The notes beneath the pieces were generated by a model, which did not search any database, was not told the DNA's origin, and was given only the letters and a program-made list of their open reading frames with translations. A DNA stretch of 64,000 bases from an uncultured delta proteobacterium (GTDB taxonomy: Bacteria; Desulfobacterota; Desulfobacteria; Desulfobacterales; SG8-13). This document shows positions 21,874-31,438 of this stretch, one piece after another. The stretch covers positions 30,061-94,060 of the forward strand of contig CAWKCK010000012.1 of NCBI GenBank assembly GCA_963848135.1. Reading direction: 5' to 3'. Made by a program: the position numbers and the translations under genes. The stretch's first letter is position 1, and every line of letters starts with the position of its first letter.

Positions 21874-21889
21874 TGGTACACTGATTGCT
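21874..21889 (+). promoter_or_regulatory. Sigma54 (-24/-12) promoter upstream of the arr operon
   Basis: TGGTAC-ACTGA-TTGCT matches TGGCAC-N5-TTGC; AT-rich tract upstream. Confidence 0.85.
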
Positions 21890-21960
21890 ACAATGTGGTA
21901 GTGTCCATTGGTTACGCAAGTCGGTGCAATCCATTTATATACGTGCTATGAGGCTCTTCA

Positions 21961-22344
21961 GTGGGAAGCTGCATTTGCATTTTGAGCACGGACGAACGGC
22001 AGATTGATGAGCTTCGCTCGATTTTAATCGAGAGGCAATTCGAGGCCAGGGCGTTTCAAGATTTGGAAGATCTCATAAATGGGCTCAGTCGTTCCGGCTG
22101 TTTGGCGACCATCCTGGATGTCGATTCGGTTCCGTTGACCAATCGGATGATTCGCCAATTGAAGGTCCGCTTTTCAGACATCAACATCTTTTGCACATCG
22201 CAACAGCGGCTCCATCCCGAACTGAAGGATGCGCTTTCGCAGCACATATATGCCTGTTTGAGCAAGCCTTTGGATCCGGACGAACTGCATTTCTGGTTGA
22301 AGTGTATGCGCGACAACGAACTTGTATCTCGGACGCCGGTTTGA
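21961..22344 (+). CDS. Stand-alone atypical receiver (CheY-like) domain protein
   Basis: TILDVD and CLSKPLDPDEL match the REC Asp and KP motifs; N-terminal acidic pocket is degenerate; GTG start after GAGG. Confidence 0.7.
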   Translation: MGSCICILSTDERQIDELRSILIERQFEARAFQDLEDLINGLSRSGCLATILDVDSVPLTNRMIRQLKVRFSDINIFCTSQQRLHPELKDALSQHIYACLSKPLDPDELHFWLKCMRDNELVSRTPV

Positions 22345-22456
22345 CGGATTGAAACTCGGAAAACTGAGTCTCAGTCTAACGTTCATCGGCTCCGTTCATG
22401 CACTATCAGAGCCGAAAAGATAAACTGATCAATCATGAACCGAACACGGAGGCATT

Positions 22457-25004
22457 ATGGACGACATCAAAAAGGAAAGCAAAAGTCTGATGGAGGGCGT
22501 TCTCGGCAATGTCAAGTTATCGAGACGGTCGTTCATCAAGGCGTGGGCGGTTACCGGCGCCGCAGTGGCTGCCGGGACCGGACTAAAGCCCGAACTAAAA
22601 GCGCTGGCGGCATCCGACGGCAGCGCCACAACCGGCATGGGCAGTGGCTGCCGGCCACCTGCCAGGGGTGCACGTCCTGGTGCTCCAAACAGGTGTATGT
22701 GATCGACGGGCGGGCGGTGAAGGTCAGGGGCAATCCCAATTCGAAGGTCAACAACGGCGCCGGGTGTCCCGGTCCCATCTGGGTATGCAGCAGGTCTACG
22801 ATCCGGACCGCATCAAGACCCCCATGAAGCGGACCAACCCGAAAAAGGGACGCAGCGAGGACCCGAAGTTCGTGCCGATTTCCTGGGACGAGGCGCTGAA
22901 TACCATCGCCGACAAGATCATGGATCTGCGCAAAAACAACGAAACCCACAAATACATGCTCATGCGCGGACGCTACACCTACATGCGGGACGTCCTCTAT
23001 GATCGGATGACCAAGATCATCGGTTCCCCCAACAACATCTCTCACAGCGCCATCTGCGCCGAGGCAGAAAAATTCGGCCCTTACTACACCGAGGGCCTCT
23101 GGGATTACCGTCAGTATGATGTGGCAAACACCCGCTACATGCTCATCTGGGGTGCGGATCCCCTGGCCGCCAACCGACAGGTGTCCTATTACTCGCAGAT
23201 CTGGGGATCGGTGATCGACCGGGCCGAGATCGTGGTGATCGAGCCGCGGCTTTCGGCCACCGGCGCCAAGGCTGACATCTGGATGCCGGTAAAACCGGGG
23301 CAGGACGCCGCCCTTGCCGCCGCCCTGGCCCACGTATCCTGACCGAAGGGCTCTGGTACAAGGAATTCGTGGGCGACTTCATAGACGGCGAAAATCGTTT
23401 TGTTATCGATCAAAAGGTCAATAGGAGGATTTCGAAGAAAAGTACACCTACGGACTGGTGAAGTGGTGGAACCTGGAACTGAAGGACAAAACACCCGAAT
23501 GGGCCGCCGAGCGCAGCGGGATTCCGGCCGATCAAATTCGGCAGGTGGCCATCGATTATGCCAAGGCGGCTCCTCATGGCATCTCCTGGGTGGGGGAGCC
23601 CGGTGATGCAGGTGCGGGGTGGCTATGCGAGCATGATCTGTCATGCCCTCAACGGCCTTACCGGGGGGTCGACAATGTCGGCGGCACCCTCAAGAGCAAC
23701 AAGGAATATACACCAATTTCCCAAACCGGACGATTTCATGGACGAAATCGCAAAAAAGGAAAAAACACGAAAAAATCGACCACGCGGCCGCCTCGAATTT
23801 CCCGCGTTCAACAAGGGGAAATCGGGTGGCGGGGTAGTCACCAACAACGCGGCCGACGGCATTCTCAACGAAGACCCCAACGAGATTAAAGTGGCGATCT
23901 GCTACATGAACAACTTCGCTTTCTCCTTCGGTCAGCCGGAGCGCTGGGAGCGAGCGCTGTCCAAGATCCCATTCGTGGTGCACATTCCCACAAACGCATC
24001 AGAGTTCTCCTGGTTCTCCGACATACTGTTGCCCAATACCCACCACATTTTCGAAAAGTAGGGCTATGTCAAGTCCATCGGCAACGGCTACCGGCACGTG
24101 CCCCTGATGCAGCCCATCGTCAAGCCCGTGTGGGACTACAAAACCGATGAAACTGAAATTCCCTGGCTCCTCGCCAAAAAACTGGCAGAACGGGGATTCA
24201 ACAACCGGGGCACTTCAAAGAGTACAAGGACCCGGAAACCGGAAAAGAGCCTACGAATGCGAAAGAATTCTCCCTATACGCCCTGAAGATTACCACACAG
24301 AAGCTTTGGGATCCCGCCAAACGCGTGGAGTGGGACAAATTCTCCGGCTGGGAAGCGTTTGCCAAAGCCGGTGTTTCGAACTCGGATCCGTATCCCTTTC
24401 GAAAGCGCTGGGGAAGATGAAACAAGACAATAATTCGAGTTTCGCAGCGAAACCTTCAAAGAAGCCTTCGAAAAGCACGCTGAAAAACACAAGACAAGCG
24501 TGGATAACGTCATGGAGGCCATTTTTTACCAGGCCAGGGGTGAACAGGCCTTCACCCAGTACGAAGAACCTACATTGACGGGGATCCCAATGCGTACCCA
24601 TTGCTGTTCGTCGACCACAAGTCCAGGCTCAACCGGGAAGGCCGTTCGGCCAACTGTCTGGTACTACGAATTCAAGGATCTCGATCCCGGAGACGAAGCC
24701 TGGGAAGACGTGGCCAAGATCAATCCTGTGGACGGTAAAAGGTTCGGCATCGAAACCGGGGACAGGATCCGGCTGACGTCGCCGACCGGGAAGATCGAGT
24801 GTGGGCCAAACTGTGGGAAGGATTCTTCCGGGAACGGTGGCCAAATGCTATGGTCAAGGTCGCTGGGTCTACGGCCGGCTGGCCGCAAAAGTTTCGGTAA
24901 AATGCCCGGGGCGGAAACAACAACGACCTGATCCCCGCGGTCTACGGCGGCAGCCGAAGCACCGTTCGCATTCCGGCACCCGGGTCAAAATCGAAAAAGT
25001 ATAG
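22457..25004 (+). CDS. arrA: Respiratory arsenate reductase catalytic subunit (many frameshifts and a TAG; assembly error or pseudogene)
   Basis: Tat motif SRRSFIK; WLPATCQGCTSWC; YDPDRIKTPMKRTNPKKGR; RGRY; ISHSAICAEAEKFG; WWNLELKD; C-terminus TRVKIEKV. Confidence 0.93.
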
Positions 25005-25015
25005 ACGGTACAAAC

Positions 25016-25743
25016 CATCCCGTATACCCCATGGTCATCGATTTGCAGCGATGCGTCGGGTGCGGCGCCTGCAGCATCGCCTGCCGGAACGAAAATAACG
25101 TCCCAGACGGCATCTACGGGTCCAACAAGATAACTCAAACATCGGGCACGTTCCCGATGTTCACTATCATTACATTCCGACCCTGTGCAACCACAGTCAA
25201 AATGCGCCCTGCGTCAGGGGTTGCCCCACCCGGGCCATGCACAAACTCGAAAACGGCATCACAATGCACGATCGAAAAAAATGCATCGGGTGCCGGTACT
25301 GCATGTTTAATTGCCCCTATGAAGTCATCTATTTCAATTGGCAAAAAGCCCACAAGTTCTGGCGGGAAGCAAATTCGGTAAATCACGGCTGTACCGGCTC
25401 CCCTCCAGAACTTCTCCAAAAGGTGAACAATGGCCGAGCGCCCCCCTATTACAATCCGGAACGGGAAAAGACCCTACCGGGGAAAAGGCCGAAGGGGGTG
25501 GTTGAAAAATGCACGTTCTGTGATCACAGAATCGGGGAGGGAGAGCTGCCCTACTGCGTGGAGTCATGCCCGGCCGATGCAAGAATATTCGGCGACCTGG
25601 AAAAACCAGAGAGCAAGGCGCGCTATCTCCTCGGGAAGTTCAAGCCTTTCAGGCTGAAAGAGGGGTTCGGTACAGAGCCGAAGGTTTATTACATTCGCAG
25701 TTTCAATCCGGCAAACTATGAAAGCACGAAAGGGGGGGAATAG
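25016..25743 (+). CDS. arrB: Arsenate reductase 4x[4Fe-4S] subunit (start corrupted, frameshifted)
   Basis: MVIDLQRCVGCGACSIAC, CIGCRYCMFNCPY, VEKCTFC, PYCVESCPADARIFGDL. Confidence 0.9.
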
Positions 25744-25745
25744 AC

Positions 25746-26871
25746 ATGAAGGCATCAAAGTTAAGTTGTGGTACGGGTTCCTGGGATTGGGGCTTCTTAT
25801 TGGCCTGTTCACCGTTTATAAGGTTTTTACGGTCGGGTTCGTTCTTTATGCGAAAACGGACATCCTGGTCTGGACCCTGCCCATAGCATCCTACATCTTT
25901 TTTTCATTGACCAGTACAGGGCTTGCCTTTGTTTCTTCCATACCCGTTGTTTTCGGCATTAAGCGGTACCAGCCCATCGAGAAGCGTACGGGCATGCTGG
26001 AAATAGCCGTTATGCTCGCCGGTTTTACATGCCTTCTTCTGCATCTCGGTTTGCCCTGGAACGTCATCTATTTTATTTTTTCTCCCATCCTTGCTTCGCC
26101 CCTGTGGTGGCTCGCCGTGCTTTATGGCATCTATTTGGGCGTACTTCTGGTTTACTTTGGAGAACTCACAGAGTGGGGAAACCATCGGGGCTTTGGGCAT
26201 TGCCGTGTTTTTGATTGCCATTGCCACCTCCACAACACTCGGATGGTTGTTCGGTTTTCCGGATGCCCGTCCCGTTTTCAATGCCCAGTTTCTGACCATG
26301 TAGTTTCCCCTGACCGGCTTCTCCAGTGCGCTCGCCGCGGTAATTTTCGTTTACATGTCATATCATCGTTTTGCCGGCGAACCGATGAGCGAAGGGCAGG
26401 TCAATCTGTTTAATGACCTGGCTAATCTTTTCGGAATCGTCGTCGGGGCGACGCTTATCTTTTTCATTTGGAGAGTATCGTCGGTGGGATTTCCTCAGCG
26501 GCCTGGAATTTGCGGGATTCCGGCATGTGATGGGTACCGGGTGGTATCATCTCGCCTTGTGGGTCGGATTGGTGATTCCGCTGGTATTGATGGCCGTCCC
26601 GTCTATTCGAAGGACCAATTGGGGAAAGGTCTCGGCTTCCGTCCTCTTTTTAGTCGGCATGCTCGCCGGGCGCCTGGAATTTGTCTTAGGTGGATTGGTT
26701 ATGCCGACAGGCCCAAAAGCGGAGGGGCAGCCTCAGTTTGTCAGCTACTGGCCGACCATCTGGGAAGTCTTCGTTGTCCTGTTTGCCCTGTCGGTGTTGC
26801 TAACCGTTTATACCTATGGGGAGCGAAATTTCAAGTTGGGGGAAGTAAGCGGCTATAATAAAGAAGGGTAG
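25746..26871 (+). CDS. arrC: NrfD/PsrC-family membrane anchor, ArrC-like (frameshifted)
   Basis: Polytopic membrane fragments WTLPIASYIFF, LLHLG.P, SPLWW, RLEFVLGG and YWPTIWE; position after arrB. Confidence 0.8.
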
Positions 26872-26940
26872 ATTGCTCGATTTCTGAACCTTCCCTTTCT
26901 GATTTAGGGGGTGACACCTGAAACGATGAAAGGGTGAAAG

Positions 26941-27600
26941 ATGGAAAAAGAGGATCTTTATAACCGCGAAGCGGAAAAGGAGGCGCATTCAGGCTGTTAT
27001 CCGAGTTTTACATTCCACCGAATGAGGGTATGGGTTTAAAGTTGAAGGCCCTGGAAAGCCGGATCGAAAAGGCTTGTCATTCCTTGCGGTTCCCTATATT
27101 TCCAGGATGGGGGAGCATTTTGAAGATGAGGGGGACTTCAATTTCCTCAAGGTCCATTTTACCAGGCTTTTTCCTTTTCCTTTTTTGCATGCTTGCCCCT
27201 CCCTATGGTTCCGTCTATTTGGAGCGCGAGAGAACGGTCATGGGCGAATCGACTCTGGATGTAGTGCGCCGATACCGACAGGAAGGGCTGGACATTTCAG
27301 CAGATTTCCATGACGCCCCTGACCATATTACTGCGGAACTCGAATTTGTCCATTTTCTGATATTCAAGGCGCTGGAGGCCGCCAGTGACAGCACGGCACG
27401 CGCCCGCCCCTTACCTCGAGAAACGCAGGCATTCTATGCCGGAACACCTCGATGCATGGATATCGGATTTTCAACGGCACGTCGAGGAGAAAGCCGAAAC
27501 GAATTTTTACAAGAATCTGATCAGGGCGACGAAAGCCCTCATACAAGAGGACTTGAGGAGATATCAGTGTACAATGTGTCTCCGTGTAAACGCTTCTTAA
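26941..27600 (+). CDS. arrD: TorD/DmsD-family chaperone, ArrD-like (frameshifted)
   Basis: APPYGSVYLE, PDHITAELEF, EHLDAW, FYKNL. Confidence 0.85.
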
Positions 27601-27698
27601 ACCATTAATGATGGGATTACCCTTTCATGTGGAGATCGAACCAAGACCAAAAACATTGAATGACCGAGACTTTCTGAGAGAAAGGAAAGGGAGCATTC

Positions 27699-28384
27699 GT
27701 GAAATCTTTCGAAAATCTCTTGGATTCATCCGCCGCCGCCCACGGGCATCTCTGCCCCGGCCAGGTTGTCGGCGTGCGGATGGCCATGCTGGGCTGCCGC
27801 TTGATCGGGCTGACGAGCCCACCCGGCGTGACCAAATAAAAAAGCTGATCGTCTTTGTCGAAATGGATCGCTGCACGGCCGATGCCGTGGCCCATGTGAC
27901 CGGCGTGAAACTGGGGCGCCGGAGCCTGAAGTTTATGGATTACGGGATCATGGCGGCCACTTTCGTGAATTTGGAAACCGCAAAGGCCTATCGGGTCCTC
28001 TCTACTGAAGAATCCCGCAGCCTGGCTGCTATGTACGCTCCGGAAATCGAAGACAAATCGGCCCGACAATTGGCGGCTTATCGCCGAATGCCCGACAGTG
28101 TTCTGTTCAGAGTGCAGAAAGTTCGGGTGACTCTCGATGCCTGCGACATGCCGGGACCGACGAAAAGTAAGGTCGCATGCAGCCGATGCGGCCAGATCAT
28201 TCGAGATTGTCGCGAAGTCATCGAAAATGGGCGTGTCCTCTGTAAGCCCTGCGCTGATGGCTGCTACTTTTCCCATGCAAGGGAAGTGACCTGGCCGGAT
28301 ATGAACTGGACACCGGGAGGGGATAATCACCGGCAAGCGCATAAGAAAAACCGTGGCGTATTTCCGTCGGTTAAAATGCACTAA
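27699..28384 (+). CDS. FmdE-family protein with C-terminal zinc finger (frameshift near 27812)
   Basis: From GTG 27699: HGHLCPGQVVGVRMA; then VEMDRCTADA, TGVKLGRRSL, CSRCG and CKPC. Confidence 0.88.
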
Positions 28385-28410
28385 GGATTTTCGTAGCGAG
28401 GAGAACAGCC

Positions 28411-29445
28411 GTGTTGAAAAAAATTGACGTCAAAAATGCCATAGGCACCGAACTGGCCCACGACATTACCGAAATACGTCCCGGCGAGTTCAAGGGCCCG
28501 GCGTTCCGCAAAGGCCATACGGTATGCAATGATGACATCTGCCATCTTCAAAAACTCGGAAAAAACCACCTATATCTCATCGACCTGGAAGATGACGAGA
28601 TCCATGAAAACCAGGCGGCTTCGTTACTGGCCAAAGGATTGGCCGGACGGGGAATCGAGTGGCGAGACGATCCGAAGGAAGGCAAGATAGGCCTGCACGC
28701 TGCCTTCGACGGTTTGCTATCGGTGGACACGGCAGCATTAGCTGCTTTCAACATGGTGGACGAGGTTATGTGCGCGACCCTCCACAGCCACACGCTGGTC
28801 AAGAAGGGCGAATTGGTAGCGGCTACCCGGGCGATACCACTTATCATGAAGCGCGCGCCGATCGAACGAGCGGCAGCCATAGCCGCTCAGCACGGCGGGG
28901 TCGTTTCCGTCAATTCATTGCGCAAAGCCAAAGCCGGTTTGGTAATCACCGGCAGCGAAGTCTATCAGGGGTTGATCGAAGATAAGTTTGCCCCGACACT
29001 CAGTGCCAAGATAACCGACCTTGGGTCCGAAGTGATCGACATTGTCTTCGCCCCGGATGACGTGGAAATGATAATAGACGCGATCCACACTCTGCTGGAC
29101 AAAGGCTGCGATTTACTGCTGTTGAGCGGTGGCATGAGTGTCGATCCCGACGATGTCACCCGCACGGCGATCAGACGCGCCGGAGCCGATGAAGTTTACT
29201 ACGGAGCCGCGGCTCTGCCCGGCGCCATGTTTCTGACGGCATATATCGGAGGGGAAATACCCCTTCTAGGTGTGCCGGCCTGTGGGCTCCATCACCGCAT
29301 CACCGTGCTGGACTTGGTTTTGCCGCGTATTCTGACCGGGGAAAAGATCGGCAAGAAAGAGCTGGCATTTATCGGCCACGGCGGCCTGTGCAAGGATTGC
29401 CCGGAGTGTGCTTATCCTCACTGCCCGTTTGGCAAGGGACTGTAA
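28411..29445 (+). CDS. Molybdopterin-binding (MoeA C-terminal-like) protein
   Basis: LAHDITEI, ITGSEV, GGMSVDPDDVT, LPGAMF, GHGGLCKDCPECAYPHCPFG. Confidence 0.88.
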   Translation: MLKKIDVKNAIGTELAHDITEIRPGEFKGPAFRKGHTVCNDDICHLQKLGKNHLYLIDLEDDEIHENQAASLLAKGLAGRGIEWRDDPKEGKIGLHAAFDGLLSVDTAALAAFNMVDEVMCATLHSHTLVKKGELVAATRAIPLIMKRAPIERAAAIAAQHGGVVSVNSLRKAKAGLVITGSEVYQGLIEDKFAPTLSAKITDLGSEVIDIVFAPDDVEMIIDAIHTLLDKGCDLLLLSGGMSVDPDDVTRTAIRRAGADEVYYGAAALPGAMFLTAYIGGEIPLLGVPACGLHHRITVLDLVLPRILTGEKIGKKELAFIGHGGLCKDCPECAYPHCPFGKGL

Positions 29446-29843
29446 CGAGAATATACATAATATAAAGATCAGGGGTCGGGGAGTTTTGCACGCAAACGGC
29501 GAACAGAGCGGAGGGAGTGATCAGCAGCGAAAGCGTGCACTGTCCGATGCATTAGGCAACTTTGGGAAAGAACAGCGGGCTCTTCAGTTATAAGATTCGG
29601 ATAAAAATAAGTGAACTGCGCTCACAGGTTGATATCATGAAGAAAATCTATTATTTCTTAGGTTGCCATTAGCATGAGTTTGCGCCGTTGAAGTCGCTGA
29701 TTATTCCCTCCGCTACCGGATGGTGAAAACTCCCCGAGGGCTCATATAGATAAAAAGATTAAACATACAAGCGGTATGTGAGCATTTTGAGCGGTTCGTA
29801 ACACAGCCATGGGATCTTAGAATATTTTCCAGATGGGTTACTA

Positions 29844-30000
29844 ATGAAGGATAGTGAAACGCCGCTGGCCTTGGTCGACCACGGGAGAATTGATGACGAT
29901 CATCCGCAACGCCGTTGCCAATAAACCCAGACGAAACGAGATGGACCGGCAGAGTCGGAAACCACCACACGATCGCGGCATGTACGCTATTGGAGGATGA
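29844..30000 (+). pseudogene. moaA: moaA (GTP 3',8-cyclase) remnant with large internal deletion
   Basis: MKDSETPLALVDH is joined out of frame to ELMTIIRNAVANKPRR...RGMYAIGG*, the MoaA C-terminal GG motif; its stop overlaps the mobB ATG (ATGA). Confidence 0.75.
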
Positions 30001-30599
30001 GGATGAAAATCGTCTCTTGTACGAAAAATGATGATCCTATCGATATTTCGACTGTCAGCCGCGAAAAGTTGCCACCGGTGTTGTGTATTGTCGGATTTTC
30101 CGGTTCTGGCAAAACGACGGTGACAGTCGATCTGATCGCTGCTCTGAGGCGTCGCGGACTAAGGGTGGGAACCATCAAACACGATGTCCATGGATTCGAC
30201 ATGGATCAACCCGGCAAAGACAGCTGGCGTCACAAGCGGGCCGGTGCCGCTACGACCATCGTGACGTCGCCGAAACAGATCGGAATGGTCATGGATGTTG
30301 ACCATGACCACCATCCGCTGGAATTGCTGCCTTTGCTGCAAGGGATGGACATCGTTCTGGTGGAAGGATTCAAAAGAGCCGAATTGCCGAAAGTCGAGGT
30401 CTTTCGCCCGGAAAATCAAAAACCACCAGCCTGCAGGGGTGACAGACATCTGGTAGCGGTCGTCAGTCGGTCACCACTAAATTGGGGTGTTCCGCGGTAT
30501 CTGCCGGACGACGCTGAAGGACTCTGCGCTTTCATCCTGGAACGGCTGCTCCCGGAATTCCATAGGGACAACATCTGCAGACAAGCTGTTTGCAGCTGA
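29997..30599 (+). CDS. mobB: Molybdopterin-guanine dinucleotide biosynthesis protein B
   Basis: GFSGSGKTT, TIKHDVHGFDMDQPGKDSWRH, DIVLVEGFK. Confidence 0.95.
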   Translation: MRMKIVSCTKNDDPIDISTVSREKLPPVLCIVGFSGSGKTTVTVDLIAALRRRGLRVGTIKHDVHGFDMDQPGKDSWRHKRAGAATTIVTSPKQIGMVMDVDHDHHPLELLPLLQGMDIVLVEGFKRAELPKVEVFRPENQKPPACRGDRHLVAVVSRSPLNWGVPRYLPDDAEGLCAFILERLLPEFHRDNICRQAVCS

Positions 30600-30672
30600 G
30601 AAGTTGCACCCACCTCCTCGAAAACCCATCCGGTCCGACGGTAAAAATGCATAGAGAGAAATTCATGGAGCA

Positions 30673-30910
30673 TATGCAAATATATTTTCCCGTAGCCGGA
30701 ATTGAAATATTCGCCTTGGTTCCTCCAATCGCCGCGTTTGCCATCTCATATTTTTTACTTCGATTGACCAGGCGTTTCAGGTGCTTTTGGCTGCGAAATT
30801 TCAGGTTCAAGCCTTCGCGGTTTTTTATACACCCGCGGTCAGTTCGACCAATTTCTCGGTATAATGATGATGGGATACTCCCGGTGGCGTTACGGCGGGT
30901 ATTAAATTAA
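30673..30910 (+). pseudogene. TauE/SafE (TSUP) transporter N-terminal remnant
   Basis: MQIYFPVAGIE...PPIAAFAISYF followed by out-of-frame TPAVSSTN and PGGV. Confidence 0.6.
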
Positions 30911-31031
30911 GCCTGGTAGCTATTGTTTTTGCTGTATCGGCGAAATATATATGGCAATATTTCACCCATCTCTTGTGATTTTTTTTGTTCTCCTTACATT
31001 TTGACTGCAGGGGGGTCGTGCAATAAAATTT

Positions 31032-31367
31032 GGATCATCTCCAATAAAGTTGGTAGTTTTTGCGGGCAAATGATTCATATCTTATTAAAATAAGTGTATA
31101 AATTAACCGCAGACGCACGCTGACATAACGCAGACAAACCCTTTTTACCCGGGCGACTTGCCCGGGCAAAAAATGCATGCCTTTCAGGCAGAAAAGCGGA
31201 TAACCTCGCGCAGCGACTGCTTGTTTTGCCTCCGCAGGTCGCGGAGGCAAAAGTCTGTGTTCGTCAGCGTTTGTCGAGCGAGCGAAGTGAGCGGGTGGCC
31301 AATTAAAAAAGCTATGATCCTTGCATGAGCTTCGCATCATTTACACCAGCTAAATCGGAGAAGAACC
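31032..31367. repeat. Nested MITE/REP-like palindromic element
   Basis: Outer imperfect IRs GGATCATCTCCAATAAAGTTGGT and ACCAGCTAAATCGGAGAAGAACC; inner IRs at about 31101 and 31306; internal hairpins TTTTACCCGGGC..GCCCGGGCAAAA and TTTTGCCTCCGC..GCGGAGGCAAAA. Confidence 0.7.
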
Positions 31368-31438
31368 TAAAATTTAAACGCATTAAGAATAAAAGATGAC
31401 ACACCTGCTTGATAATTAAGGGTGAGCGGAGGACAATA

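Noticed and set aside
24059-26303. In-frame TAG codons in arrA and arrC as possible pyrrolysine or readthrough sites
   Set aside because: They fall where Trp or Tyr codons one base away are expected, in a region full of indels. No pyl genes are in the window.
27699-27820. Selenocysteine in FmdE (short ORF ending in TGA), and likewise in HdrA, the Trx proteins or ArsM
   Set aside because: The candidate redox positions are ordinary Cys codons. The FmdE break is a frameshift, not an in-frame TGA at a Cys position.
22600-27850. Programmed frameshifting or phase variation in the arr operon
   Set aside because: The breaks are too many and irregular, with no shared slippery motif or long repeat tract.
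29460-29840. Possible Moco riboswitch ahead of the moaA remnant and mobB
   Set aside because: I could not find the conserved Moco RNA motif elements.
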